Of a DNA stretch of 64,000 bases, positions 48,346 through 58,540 are shown piece after piece (the first letter of the stretch is position 1; every line of letters begins with the position of its first letter). Below the pieces are notes generated by a model. It had not been told where the DNA came from and did no database searches. It was given only the letters and a program-made list of their open reading frames with translations. This stretch comes from an uncultured SAR86 cluster bacterium (lineage in GTDB: Bacteria; Pseudomonadota; Gammaproteobacteria; Magnimaribacterales; Magnimaribacteraceae), in assembly GCA_902517565.1 (NCBI GenBank), contig CABYCU010000003.1, positions 53,518 to 117,517 of the forward strand, given 5' to 3'. A program made the position numbers and the translations under genes.

Positions 48346-49257
48346 ATGTCCAGTTCCATAGCTGTCTTTGGAAGTATAAATATGGACTTGGTTATCTATA
48401 GCCATGCGAAGCCTTCTGAAGGGGAAACAATCTTCGGGAATAGTTTCCAAACCTTTCAAGGGGGGAAGGGTGCTAATCAAGCTGTAGCGGCATCAAGATT
48501 GGGAGCTAATGTTTCTTTCATTGGAAAAATAGGTTTAGACGTATTTGGTAAAGAACTAAAAAAAAACCTCTTGGGCGAAAATATCGATATTAGATATCTT
48601 GAAGAACATGATGGAGAGTCAGGTGTTGCTTTTATAAATGTTTTTGAAGAGACATCTGAGAATCAAATAATTGTAGTACCTGGAGCTAATTCTTTTGCCA
48701 ATTCAGATCAACTAACTGAAGATCTTCTCAACTCAACAGATATTTTAATTTCTCAATTTGAGGTGCCGCCTTTACAAATAGAGAAATTATTCAAAAGAGC
48801 CAGTAAATATAGCTGTTTTAGGATACTGAATCCTGCACCTTTTTCTCCTCTTAGCGAAGATCTAATTCAAGAAACAGATTTATTAGTAGTGAATGAAACA
48901 GAATTGGAAAGAATGACAGGTTATGATTTAGATAAAGATAATCTTGATTCTGTAATTATGGCCATAAAGAGCCTGTCCTTAAAGGAGAGTCAGGCATTGG
49001 TGGTTACATTGGGAGCTAAAGGAGCGTACGTCCAAAAGGGCAAAAAAGACGAATTCATAGAAGGTCTTAAAGTTAAAGCTATAGACACGACAGGATCTGG
49101 AGACTGTTTCATTGGAGCCCTGGCTACTAACTATTTAGAACAGGAAGATTTATTTAGAGCTGTAAGCTTTGCTAATAAAGCGGCTGCTATTTCCACAACA
49201 AGAAAAGGAGCCTCAGATTCAATGCCCAGCAAAGATGAAGTTGTAAATTCTTTATAA
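48346..49257 (+). CDS. rbsK: Ribokinase
   Basis: GSINMD, GGKGANQA, NPAP, NETE, DTTGSGDCFIG. Confidence 0.9.
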   Translation: MSSSIAVFGSINMDLVIYSHAKPSEGETIFGNSFQTFQGGKGANQAVAASRLGANVSFIGKIGLDVFGKELKKNLLGENIDIRYLEEHDGESGVAFINVFEETSENQIIVVPGANSFANSDQLTEDLLNSTDILISQFEVPPLQIEKLFKRASKYSCFRILNPAPFSPLSEDLIQETDLLVVNETELERMTGYDLDKDNLDSVIMAIKSLSLKESQALVVTLGAKGAYVQKGKKDEFIEGLKVKAIDTTGSGDCFIGALATNYLEQEDLFRAVSFANKAAAISTTRKGASDSMPSKDEVVNSL

Positions 49258-49289
49258 ACCACTTAATCTTTACATATACAGGGGGAGCA

Positions 49290-50285
49290 ATGAGTAAAGA
49301 TTTTAATATCGAAATAGAATACAAGCATGTGCCTCGATTGGAGGCTGGTTCTGATGAGAGCATTTCTTATCTTGAAGAACATGGATATGTAGTGATAAAG
49401 AATGCTCTGTCCACTGACGAAGCTAAAAAGACTTTAGAGCTTTTATGGGATTATCTAGAAGATCTTGGAACAGGAATAGATAGAAATAACCCAACTACTT
49501 GGGATGACGATAAGTGGCCAACATGTGCTCATGGAGGCATTATGCCTAGTTACGGAATAGGGCATTCAGAAGCACAGTGGTTTCTGAGGGGTATACCTAA
49601 GGTTAAAGAAGCTTTCGCTAAGATTTGGGATACAGAAGAACTCCTAACAAGCTTTGATGGGGTTTCGCTCTGGCGACCATGGAATATAAATCCTGAATGG
49701 AAGACTGAATCTGGTCAGTCCTGGTTCCATATTGATCAACATCCTATTTCCAAACCAGGTAAGCAATGTATTCAAGGACTGGTTAATTTATTACCTACTT
49801 CCAGGGAGATTGGCGGTAATGTAATTATTCCTGGTTCTCATAAATTTTTCGAAAACCTTCCGAAGGAATATGAAGAAAGACTTTCAAGATTACCTTTGGA
49901 TATTGATCACTTTCGTTTCCCAAATGATGATCCTAAGCTTTCTTCTTCAAAAGCAGTCATGTGTCATATGGAACCCGGAGATTTACTTCTATGGGATTCT
50001 AGGACGATTCATTGCAGTAACTCAGGATCTAAGCTCGACCAAGACACGACAGGTCTTATCAGGGCAGCTTCATTGATTTGCATGATGCCAAAGAATTTAT
50101 CAAGTGAAGAGATTCTTGAGCAAAGAAGAGAGGCTGTAGAGAAACTAATATCTACAACGAACTGGACGAATAGCTTTAGAAATGCAGATGAATTCCCTTT
50201 AATTTTAGAAGCCAAAGATAGAGATAAATATCAATGGCCCAAGAAACCTACACTTAATGATTATCAAAAATCATTGATAGACTAA
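49290..50285 (+). CDS. Phytanoyl-CoA dioxygenase (PhyH) family Fe(II)/2OG enzyme
   Basis: WFHID (HxD), PGSH, GDLLLWDSRTIH. Confidence 0.8.
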   Translation: MSKDFNIEIEYKHVPRLEAGSDESISYLEEHGYVVIKNALSTDEAKKTLELLWDYLEDLGTGIDRNNPTTWDDDKWPTCAHGGIMPSYGIGHSEAQWFLRGIPKVKEAFAKIWDTEELLTSFDGVSLWRPWNINPEWKTESGQSWFHIDQHPISKPGKQCIQGLVNLLPTSREIGGNVIIPGSHKFFENLPKEYEERLSRLPLDIDHFRFPNDDPKLSSSKAVMCHMEPGDLLLWDSRTIHCSNSGSKLDQDTTGLIRAASLICMMPKNLSSEEILEQRREAVEKLISTTNWTNSFRNADEFPLILEAKDRDKYQWPKKPTLNDYQKSLID

Positions 50286-51824
50286 ATGCAAAGCTTGCCT
50301 GAACATATTGCCCTTGGAATGGGCATTGCCTTTCATGCTAAAAATATTCCGAATAAAAATGCTGTAATAAGTGAATATGGAAGAAGGACCTTTCAGGAAT
50401 TGAATGCTAATAGTAATTGTTACGCAAATTTTCTTCTTGACAACAATCTAATGCCAGGTGATTCAGTGGCAATTATATGTAAGAACAGACCAGAGTTTCT
50501 TGAAGCTTTATTTGGTCCTCTAAGAGTAGGTATGAGAATTACGCCAATAAACTGGCATTTAACTTCTGAAGAAATTTGTTACATTGTTGAGAATTGTGAA
50601 GCCAAAGTAGTTGTTTGTGATGCAATATTTTCTGATTTCTTTGAAGAAATAAAAGAAAAACTACCTGAAGTTATTTTGATGGCTGTAGATGGAGAGAATT
50701 CTTTGGCCCTTCCTTTTATGGAGACTATTCAGAATTATGATAATTCTGATATTTCTGATCCAGTGGCAGGCAGATCTATGCTTTACACTTCAGGTACTAC
50801 CGGAAGACCAAAAGGAGTTTTTAGAAAAGAAAATCCTCCCCCTTCTAAAACTGAACAATTGACTCTAGATACTGCAGCTTTTAATCCTGAAGAAGATTTT
50901 AGTATATGCCCCGGACCTGCTTATCATGCTGCTCCTCTCGGATTAAATATAAATCCATCCTTAATGGCAGGAGTAGGGGTTTATTTGATGGATAAATGGG
51001 ATGCAGAGAAGATGTTGTCTCTCATGAGTGAATATAAATGCACACATACTCACATGGTTGCCACCATGTTCCATAGAATTCTGAGATTACCTGAAGAAAC
51101 TCGATCTAAATATGATATTTCATCCATGAGATGGATCTTACATGGTGCAGCACCATGTCCTGTAGAAGTTAAGCGGGCAATGATTGATTGGATGGGCCCC
51201 ATAGTTTATGAATATTATGCAGCAACTGAAGGAGGTGGATGTTTCATACAACCTGAAGAGTGGCTTAAGAAACCAGGAAGTGTTGGCAAGGCAAATGAAG
51301 GGACTGAAGTTAAAATTTTAGATGAAGACTTTAAGGAAGTTGATCTCGGAAAAGAAGGGACTATTTATTTCAGCGCTCCTTCAAAAGGTAGATTTGAATA
51401 TTACAAAGCTAAAGAAAAAACTTCTGGAGCATATTGGGGAGATTATTTCACAATGGGAGACATAGGTTATTGTGATTCTGACGGTTACTATTTTCTAACG
51501 GGAAGAAGTGCAGACACTATTATTTCTGGAGGGACTAATATATACCCTCAAGAAATCGATAATGTTTTATTAATGCATGATCAAGTAGCCGAGGTATGTT
51601 GTATTGGCGTGCCAAATGAGGAATGGGGTGAAGAAATCAAAGCAGTCATTAATTTAGAAGAAGGAGCCGATGAGGAAGAGGTTCTGAGAGAATTATTAGT
51701 GTTAGCTGAAGAGAGTTTATCTGGTTTCAAAAAGCCTAAATCATATGAATTCTGGGAGGAAGATTTACCTCGTTTGCCAACAGGAAAAATTCAAAGAAAT
51801 CTGGTAAAGAAAAGATTTTGGTAA
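50286..51824 (+). CDS. AMP-binding acyl-CoA synthetase
   Basis: YTSGTTGRPKG, YAATEG, GDIG, GGTNIYPQEID, TGK. Confidence 0.92.
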   Translation: MQSLPEHIALGMGIAFHAKNIPNKNAVISEYGRRTFQELNANSNCYANFLLDNNLMPGDSVAIICKNRPEFLEALFGPLRVGMRITPINWHLTSEEICYIVENCEAKVVVCDAIFSDFFEEIKEKLPEVILMAVDGENSLALPFMETIQNYDNSDISDPVAGRSMLYTSGTTGRPKGVFRKENPPPSKTEQLTLDTAAFNPEEDFSICPGPAYHAAPLGLNINPSLMAGVGVYLMDKWDAEKMLSLMSEYKCTHTHMVATMFHRILRLPEETRSKYDISSMRWILHGAAPCPVEVKRAMIDWMGPIVYEYYAATEGGGCFIQPEEWLKKPGSVGKANEGTEVKILDEDFKEVDLGKEGTIYFSAPSKGRFEYYKAKEKTSGAYWGDYFTMGDIGYCDSDGYYFLTGRSADTIISGGTNIYPQEIDNVLLMHDQVAEVCCIGVPNEEWGEEIKAVINLEEGADEEEVLRELLVLAEESLSGFKKPKSYEFWEEDLPRLPTGKIQRNLVKKRFW

Positions 51825-51825
51825 T

Positions 51826-52806
51826 TTATAGATTTACTAAAAAATCAATCACTCTCTCTTTAAATATTTTATTAAAACCTTCAACATCAACATCGAGGGC
51901 TACTTCGGAGTTTGGTTTGGGTTTAAAAATCTGACCCATAATGGATTCGTTAAACTCGCATACAGTTTCTCCATCAGTATATTCTCCCTTAGTTTCGATA
52001 GAGACGAATGCATTCTTATACTCAGCCAGATCTGGCATGAAACATAATGCCATGGCTAGAGAATCATATAAATGAAGACCCTGATCAACAATTGCTTGAT
52101 TAGGATTTATTTTTAACCAGGGGTCCACTGCTTCCTGTACAAACTTACAAAAAGGGTGGTCATTTGTACCAATTTTATTTAAATCTTCTCTTCCAAATCT
52201 TGTTTTGTGACATACATCTAAAGGCACCATTCTGACTGGTATTCCAGAGTTAAAAACTTTACTTGCAGACTCAGGATCTGCCCAAACATTGAATTCAGCT
52301 GCAGGAGTTACATTACCTTGAACAGTTGCTGCTCCTGCCATCATTGTTATTTTATTTATATGCTTGGATAAGGCGGGATCAATATCTAAAGCTTGGGCAA
52401 TATTTGTAAGTGGACCAATTGTTACTAATTCAAGATCTCCTGAATGTTCTTGTGCAGTTTCTACTATAAATTTGGGCGCACCTTTAGAATCTTCATCAAT
52501 ATCCAGCAAAGGATTAATCTGCTCCATTTCCTGACGTTGGCTCAACCACTTTCTTCTTTCATTTCTATCTTGATCATAGGTACCAGGCTTACCAGTATGA
52601 ACAGGTATATCTCTGTTCAATTCTGTTACCAAATATTTAGCATTACTGTAACCTCTTTCTACTGGAACATTACCTTGGACGGTTGTGATTCCTAGTATTT
52701 CGAGTTCAGGCGAATTCATTGCAAGCATAATTGCAAAACAATCCTCTGGATCCCCTCCCTTAGTGCCCATTGCAGGGTCTGTATCAATAATAATTTTCTT
52801 GTTCAT
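51826..52806 (-). CDS. Inosine/uridine-preferring nucleoside hydrolase family protein
   Basis: IIDTDP, TVQGN, GPLTN, GNVTPAAEFN, PLDVC, LYD; start MNKK at 52806. Confidence 0.88.
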   Translation of the reverse strand: MNKKIIIDTDPAMGTKGGDPEDCFAIMLAMNSPELEILGITTVQGNVPVERGYSNAKYLVTELNRDIPVHTGKPGTYDQDRNERRKWLSQRQEMEQINPLLDIDEDSKGAPKFIVETAQEHSGDLELVTIGPLTNIAQALDIDPALSKHINKITMMAGAATVQGNVTPAAEFNVWADPESASKVFNSGIPVRMVPLDVCHKTRFGREDLNKIGTNDHPFCKFVQEAVDPWLKINPNQAIVDQGLHLYDSLAMALCFMPDLAEYKNAFVSIETKGEYTDGETVCEFNESIMGQIFKPKPNSEVALDVDVEGFNKIFKERVIDFLVNL

Positions 52807-52853
52807 AATTTGTTTGTTGTAATATAAACACCTTAACAAGAAAGAAAAAAAAG

Positions 52854-54383
52854 ATGAATCAGAAAACGGAAGATGTGACTATTAAAACCCATTTAGGGCT
52901 AGTATCTGGAGCAAAAAAGAAAAATGGGTTTCTTTTTAAGGGAATACCTTATGGTGCAGATACTTCTGGATCAAATCGTTGGAGGGCCCCTCAAGAACCA
53001 ACACCTTGGGAAGGCACCCTTAAGGCAGAGGAGTTTGGTCCTCAATGTCCTCAATTTCGTATGGGAGAAGGGAGCTTTAGGGGAAGTATAGCCAGCGCCT
53101 TCGATGTTGATATTCCTGTTGAGGAGTCAATTAATGAATCTGAAGACTGTTTGCGGTTAAATATTTACACACCTAACCTTGACGATAAAAAAAAGCTACC
53201 AGTTATGTTTTGGATACATGGAGGTGCACTGAGGTATGGTTCTGGAGATCCATACCTACCACAAGGTATCCTGTCAAAGGATGTTTTGCTAGTTACTATT
53301 AATTATAGATTAGGAGAGTTGGGTTTCTTTTCTCATCCTTCTCTTGAAGATGAATCTCCAACAACTAATTTTGGATTGCTCGATCAGATTAAAGCGTTGG
53401 AATGGGTTAAAACAAATATAGAAAATTTTGGAGGGGATCCAGAAAATGTAACTATATTTGGAGAATCAGCCGGAGGACTCTCTGTTGCAGCACTATTAGT
53501 ATCTCCTCTGTCCAAAGGACTCTTTCATAAGGCAGTTGTTCAAAGTGGAGGCTTTGCAAGGATCGATTTGCATAGTAAGAATAAAAATGAGATGGGTATG
53601 TCTGGAGATATGCTCGGTTTATCTTTTTGCACCGCTTGTGGAGTGGAAGAGGGGCCAGACCAATTAGAAGAAATGAGAAATCTTCCCGTCGATACAATTA
53701 TTCAAAGAGGCATAGGATTCCCATCAACTTTATTTGCGGATGATCATTCAATGCTATCGGGAGTTATAGAAGGGTTTGAACAGGGTATAAATCATAAAGT
53801 TCCAACAATCATTGGTACTAATGCTGATGAAGGGACAGCTTTATATTGGGGCAGTCCATTACCGGATGAACCTCCTCCAATAGATACAGTAGAAAAATAT
53901 CTAGAGATTATAAAAAGAAGATTTGGAAAAAATCATGAAAAAGCTTTGGAAATATATCCAGCTTCTGACGCAGAAGAAATGGTTACGTCGAGCAAAAGAC
54001 TTTTAGGAGATTCACTTTTTGGAGCGCCTTCTTACTTTGCCTCTAAAGCTATGGCACTAAGGAATGAAGAAATTTATTTCTACCATTTCACTCAAAAACC
54101 TTCCGGTAAAGTAGGGGAAGCTTTAGGTTCTTTTCATGCCTATGAAATAGGCTATGTTTTTGGAGTTGCAGGATTAGGCCCAATAGAAAACGAAGAGCTT
54201 TCAAGGTGTATGCTTTCCTATTGGACTAATTTCTCTAAAACAGGAAATCCTAATGGATCAGATATTCCAGAATGGGAAATTATGAATGCTAATACAGATT
54301 GCTGGTATGAATTAGGAGAAGATATAGGCACAAAAGAAGTAAACAGATTACACATCTACTCTTTAATTAATGAAATGGATTAG
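52854..54383 (+). CDS. Carboxylesterase type B
   Basis: EDCLRLN, WIHGG, FGESAGG, FHAYE. Confidence 0.92.
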   Translation: MNQKTEDVTIKTHLGLVSGAKKKNGFLFKGIPYGADTSGSNRWRAPQEPTPWEGTLKAEEFGPQCPQFRMGEGSFRGSIASAFDVDIPVEESINESEDCLRLNIYTPNLDDKKKLPVMFWIHGGALRYGSGDPYLPQGILSKDVLLVTINYRLGELGFFSHPSLEDESPTTNFGLLDQIKALEWVKTNIENFGGDPENVTIFGESAGGLSVAALLVSPLSKGLFHKAVVQSGGFARIDLHSKNKNEMGMSGDMLGLSFCTACGVEEGPDQLEEMRNLPVDTIIQRGIGFPSTLFADDHSMLSGVIEGFEQGINHKVPTIIGTNADEGTALYWGSPLPDEPPPIDTVEKYLEIIKRRFGKNHEKALEIYPASDAEEMVTSSKRLLGDSLFGAPSYFASKAMALRNEEIYFYHFTQKPSGKVGEALGSFHAYEIGYVFGVAGLGPIENEELSRCMLSYWTNFSKTGNPNGSDIPEWEIMNANTDCWYELGEDIGTKEVNRLHIYSLINEMD

Positions 54384-56017
54384 TTTGATCGCTCTTTTCT
54401 AGAATCTTCTCGAATTGCCTTAAATTCATTGCCTTCATACCATTCAGGCCATTCTCCAGATGTAGCTAACCTGGATACCATATTTCGAGTTATGTCTAAA
54501 TGCTCCTTAAAGCCACTCAAGTCCCAAGATTCTTTGTATTCATCAGAAGGTTGGTGATAATGGTATTGAGTATATTCATTGGCAATCTTGCTTCCTGCTT
54601 TTATACCTCCATCATATTTATCCACTCCACCGTCAGCATACAACATAGGAACCCCTTTTTTAGCGAAACTTATATGATCGGATCTATAAAAGAATCCCTT
54701 TTCGGGAGCAGGATCAGGTGTTATGTACATATTTAATTGAGTGAGCTCCTCTTGAAGGATATCTTCCAATTCCGAAGCTCCGTACCCAACAACAACAACA
54801 TCTTTAGTCTTGCCTATGGGAAGAACACCATCAAAATTATATCCTGCAACAATATTCGATAAATCAATAGGTGGGTATTCTCCAAAATATTGGGATCCTA
54901 GAAGTCCAGATTCTTCTGCTGTAACTGCAAGGAATAATAATGACCTATCTAAAGTTACGTTTTTGAATGAGTTGGCTAGCTCAAGTATGCCTGCTACACC
55001 CGTTGCATTATCAACCGCACCATTATAAATTTGATCATTACTAAGAGAATGACTTTCTCTTTTGCCTAGATGATCCCAATGGGCCATCATCAAAATATAT
55101 TCATCAGGACTTTTAGATCCCACCTTTATTCCCCCGACATTATGAGAAACTGAAAAACTTAAATTATTTGATAGCTTGGCGCTCATCTTCAATCCTTTCA
55201 GGGTTATCGGTCTGAAACTTCTTGTTAATGCGTCTTCTTTTAATTGTTCAAGACTGAGTCCAGCATCAGTAAATAATTCTTCTGCAACTTCACTGGTGAT
55301 CCACCCTTCAACTTTTATTCTGTCCATTCCTAAATTAGGTCTTTTCAAATCAATTTGTTTACCTGACCAGCTGTTCTGAACAACTTTCCACGGGTAAGAG
55401 GCAGGTTCAGTTTCATGAATGATGATGAGAGCTTCTGCGCCTTGTCGAGCAGCTTCCTCAAACCTATATACCCATCTTCCATAGTAAGTCATAGCATTAC
55501 CATTAAATAAATTTGGATCTTGAGTCTTGAAACCTGGATCATTAATTAAAGCTATTAATGTCTTACCTCGCACATCAATCCCTTCATAATCATTCCAGTC
55601 ATATTCGGGAGAAATTATTCCATATCCTATAAATAGAACATCACTTTCTTTTATTTCTATTTCCTCCTTAACACGCTTGGACCAAAAGACAGTCTCACTT
55701 CCGGGCAATAAAGTCCTTTCATTGTTACCTTGGTTAAATTTTAAGAAAGAGTTATTTAAATTAACTTCCATTTTAGATAATGGAACTTCAAGTAGAAAAT
55801 TATCCTTTACTGGTTCAAGTCCAGAAGACTCAAAACTACTTTTTATATATTCTTTAGTTAATTCGCCACCCAATGTTCCCGGTTCTCTCCCTTCAAATTC
55901 ATCGGAAGACAATTCTTTCACATGTAAGTGAATATTTTTCTCATTTATCTGTTCTACATTACTGCATGAAATTATTAAAACAGTGCAGGGGATTGTTAAG
56001 AATGTTTTAAAGTTCAT
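54380..56017 (-). CDS. M28 family metallopeptidase lipoprotein with PA domain
   Basis: Lipobox IISC; AHWDH, GAVDNA, AEESGL, RSDH, YH. Confidence 0.9.
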   Translation of the reverse strand: MNFKTFLTIPCTVLIISCSNVEQINEKNIHLHVKELSSDEFEGREPGTLGGELTKEYIKSSFESSGLEPVKDNFLLEVPLSKMEVNLNNSFLKFNQGNNERTLLPGSETVFWSKRVKEEIEIKESDVLFIGYGIISPEYDWNDYEGIDVRGKTLIALINDPGFKTQDPNLFNGNAMTYYGRWVYRFEEAARQGAEALIIIHETEPASYPWKVVQNSWSGKQIDLKRPNLGMDRIKVEGWITSEVAEELFTDAGLSLEQLKEDALTRSFRPITLKGLKMSAKLSNNLSFSVSHNVGGIKVGSKSPDEYILMMAHWDHLGKRESHSLSNDQIYNGAVDNATGVAGILELANSFKNVTLDRSLLFLAVTAEESGLLGSQYFGEYPPIDLSNIVAGYNFDGVLPIGKTKDVVVVGYGASELEDILQEELTQLNMYITPDPAPEKGFFYRSDHISFAKKGVPMLYADGGVDKYDGGIKAGSKIANEYTQYHYHQPSDEYKESWDLSGFKEHLDITRNMVSRLATSGEWPEWYEGNEFKAIREDSRKERSN

Positions 56018-56030
56018 ATCATTCATTCTC

Positions 56031-56810
56031 CTAAGCACGCCTTATGGAGAGACCTCCATCAACTGGTAAGTAAACTCCATTTATGTAAGAAGAAGAGGGT
56101 AAGCATAGATTTAAGGTTGCATGGGCTACCTCTTCAGGTTCGCCATACCTTTTCAGTCCAACTCTTCTCCTAGCATATGTGTTTTTATCTTTATCATCTA
56201 TGGCTGATGTCATATTGGTGTTTATTGGGCCAGGGCAAATACAATTCACAGTTATACCTTGAGGTCCAAGTTCTAGCGCTAAGGACCGAGTTAATCCTAT
56301 TACACCATGCTTAGCGGCTGTGTACGGACTATGAAATGGAGATGCACCAAACCCTTCAGTGGAGGAGATATTGACTATCCGCCCATTGTCTGACTTTAGA
56401 AGATAAGGAAGTGCAGCTCTAATAAGTTTAATCTGGCCTGTTAAAACAACATTTAGAGTATCATCCCAATAGTTTTCGTAATTCTCATCATCCACAGCTG
56501 TAACAGAAGAAACTCCTGCGTTATTTATTACAATATCTAAAGAGGAATATTCATCTATAGTCTGCTTTACACATTGTTCAATAGATTGCTTATTGGTTAC
56601 ATCTAGAAGCATGGGCCTACAATTTCCTCCTGAAGCCTCTATTTCACTTGAAACTCTTTCAACCTCTTCAAGATTAATATCTGTTGCAACAACTTTAATG
56701 CCTTCAGCTGCAAAAACTTTGGCCGTAGCCTCGCCCATGCCACTTCCGGCTCCAGTAATAATTGCTATTTTGCCTTTTACTGATCTTGAGAGATTTTTAA
56801 ATAAATTCAT
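56031..56810 (-). CDS. Short-chain dehydrogenase/reductase
   Basis: TGAGSGMG, NNAG, YTAAK, VDGG. Confidence 0.9.
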   Translation of the reverse strand: MNLFKNLSRSVKGKIAIITGAGSGMGEATAKVFAAEGIKVVATDINLEEVERVSSEIEASGGNCRPMLLDVTNKQSIEQCVKQTIDEYSSLDIVINNAGVSSVTAVDDENYENYWDDTLNVVLTGQIKLIRAALPYLLKSDNGRIVNISSTEGFGASPFHSPYTAAKHGVIGLTRSLALELGPQGITVNCICPGPINTNMTSAIDDKDKNTYARRRVGLKRYGEPEEVAHATLNLCLPSSSYINGVYLPVDGGLSIRRA

Positions 56811-56880
56811 ACCTAAACTAATTGAGTTATTGAACTACTTATTAGATTATAGGAACAAAGATAAATTAAAAGGAAAAACT

Positions 56881-57573
56881 ATGACGGATCAATTAGCAAC
56901 ATTAACCCATGATGGAGATGTATCAATCATTACTTTAGATGACGGAAAGGCAAATGTTTTCTCTACAGCTATGAGCAATACTATTAATTCACTACTAGAT
57001 GAAGTTCCCGATGACAAAGGTTCCTTATTGATCACCGGCAAAGAAGGATTATTTTCTGCTGGGTTTGATTTAAAAACTATTTCAGGCGGAGATCCGAAAG
57101 CTGCAGTTGAAATGACTTCAGCTGGATTTAAACTATTATCTAGAATCTATAGTTTTCCAAGACCTGTTATTACTGCTGCTAGCGGTCATGCTATCGCTTT
57201 AGGTGCATTTTTACTTTGCTGTGCAGATTATAGGATAGGAGCTAAGGGTAAATTCATTGTTCAAGCTAATGAAACCAGAAATGGTATGTCTATTCCAACA
57301 CCAATTCTAGAAATATCTAAATCAAGAATACTCAAAAATCATTGGTATAGGGCAATACTAACGGCAGAAGCCTATCCAATATCCGATTCAGTACAGGCCG
57401 GTTATTTAGATGAGGTTGTTGATCCAGAAGACTTAATGTCTAAATCTTTAGAAGTAGCTAAAGATCTTGCAACTCTTAGTCACCCACATTACAAATTAAC
57501 AAAAGATCTTGATCAAAAAGAGGTATTAGAGAAAATTAATAATTCTATTGCTGAGATGGTTAATTTTTCTTAA
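56881..57573 (+). CDS. Crotonase/enoyl-CoA hydratase family protein
   Basis: LDDGKAN, FSAGFDL, GHAIALG; AGGA RBS before ATG 56881 (56593 extension is a shadow). Confidence 0.88.
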   Translation: MTDQLATLTHDGDVSIITLDDGKANVFSTAMSNTINSLLDEVPDDKGSLLITGKEGLFSAGFDLKTISGGDPKAAVEMTSAGFKLLSRIYSFPRPVITAASGHAIALGAFLLCCADYRIGAKGKFIVQANETRNGMSIPTPILEISKSRILKNHWYRAILTAEAYPISDSVQAGYLDEVVDPEDLMSKSLEVAKDLATLSHPHYKLTKDLDQKEVLEKINNSIAEMVNFS

Positions 57574-57630
57574 AAAAGAAAATAATACTTTCTTAGTCTC
57601 GAGTTTTTGGTAATCTACGCATCCCTAAGT

Positions 57631-57706
57631 GGGGCCATAGCTCAGCTGGGAGAGCGCATCCCTTGCACGGATGAGGTCGTCGGTTCGATCCCGACTGGCT
57701 CCACCA
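57631..57706 (+). tRNA. tRNA-Ala(TGC)
   Basis: GGGGCCA/TGGCTCC acceptor with G3:U70, anticodon arm CATCC-CTTGCAC-GGATG, GTTCGAT, encoded CCA. Confidence 0.98.
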
Positions 57707-57748
57707 TTCTTAAAAAAATGTATTGCTTATTTCCTGTATAGTGAAGTT

Positions 57749-58528
57749 ATGAAAAAAAGTTATCTCTTCCTCTGCTTTATTTATTCCTTATCAATATTCA
57801 GTTCAATCTCCTTAGATAAAAAAATTGATTTCATTTTAGATTCTGAATTAGGAGAAGAATTAACTAATACCATAATAGAAAATTCTAAGGAAAGTTTAGC
57901 CTTTTCGGGTTTGAGTACTGAAGAACTGGATGAGGTAGGAAAATTAGTAGATCCTTATTTAGATACCTACATAAAAGATATAAAAGAAAATGTAAGGATT
58001 TTATATAAGGAAACCTTTTCAGAAGAAGAGATTGATGCTTATTACAACTTTTTAAATAGCAATCCCGGTAAATCCTTTACAAGCAAGATGCCTCAGTTTT
58101 CAGTTGATATGATGGAAATCGTCTTCAGCACCCTCGCTGAGCTACTTGCCCAAATGGAACAAGATCCTTATATGAATCCCTTGATAGTAGACAACCTCGC
58201 AGATATTGAAAATAATAATTCATGCCTTTACTGTGACTTAAATTTTCAGTCTCTTCGTGATAGAAATCTTGATGGAGTTAATTTAAGCGGATCGAATTTA
58301 CAAAGTACAGATTTTACAAATAGTTCATTAATTGGAGCGAATTTTAGTGATGCTAACCTAGTGGATACTAACTTTACTGGATCCAATTTGGAAAATTCAA
58401 ATTTTACTAATGCTGTTATAGAGTCTGCAGATTTTAGTAATACAGCCATACAAATTACTGACTTGGAAGACGCGAGTTACATCTGTAATGTTGTGCTTTC
58501 AAGCGGTATACAGGATATTAACTGCTAG
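57749..58528 (+). CDS. Secreted DUF2059-like + pentapeptide-repeat protein
   Basis: Signal peptide; LYKETFSEEEIDAYYNFLNSNPGK; CxxCDL then A(N/D)(F/L)xx repeats; start moved past the tRNA. Confidence 0.7.
   Translation: MKKSYLFLCFIYSLSIFSSISLDKKIDFILDSELGEELTNTIIENSKESLAFSGLSTEELDEVGKLVDPYLDTYIKDIKENVRILYKETFSEEEIDAYYNFLNSNPGKSFTSKMPQFSVDMMEIVFSTLAELLAQMEQDPYMNPLIVDNLADIENNNSCLYCDLNFQSLRDRNLDGVNLSGSNLQSTDFTNSSLIGANFSDANLVDTNFTGSNLENSNFTNAVIESADFSNTAIQITDLEDASYICNVVLSSGIQDINC
58262..58480 (+). repeat. Pentapeptide repeat array (protein level)
   Basis: RNLDG VNLSG SNLQS TDFTN SSLIG ANFSD ANLVD TNFTG SNLEN SNFTN AVIES ADFSN. Confidence 0.85.
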
Positions 58529-58540
58529 CTAATTTTAGCC

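Noticed and set aside
22640-57630. Prophage, ICE, integron or CRISPR explanation for the cargo region
   Set aside because: No integrase, transposase, phage genes, att-like tRNA repeat, attC-like repeats or spacer array seen by eye.
57671-57748. ORF-track N-terminal extension of the pentapeptide protein
   Set aside because: Runs through tRNA-Ala; a signal peptide begins at ATG 57749.
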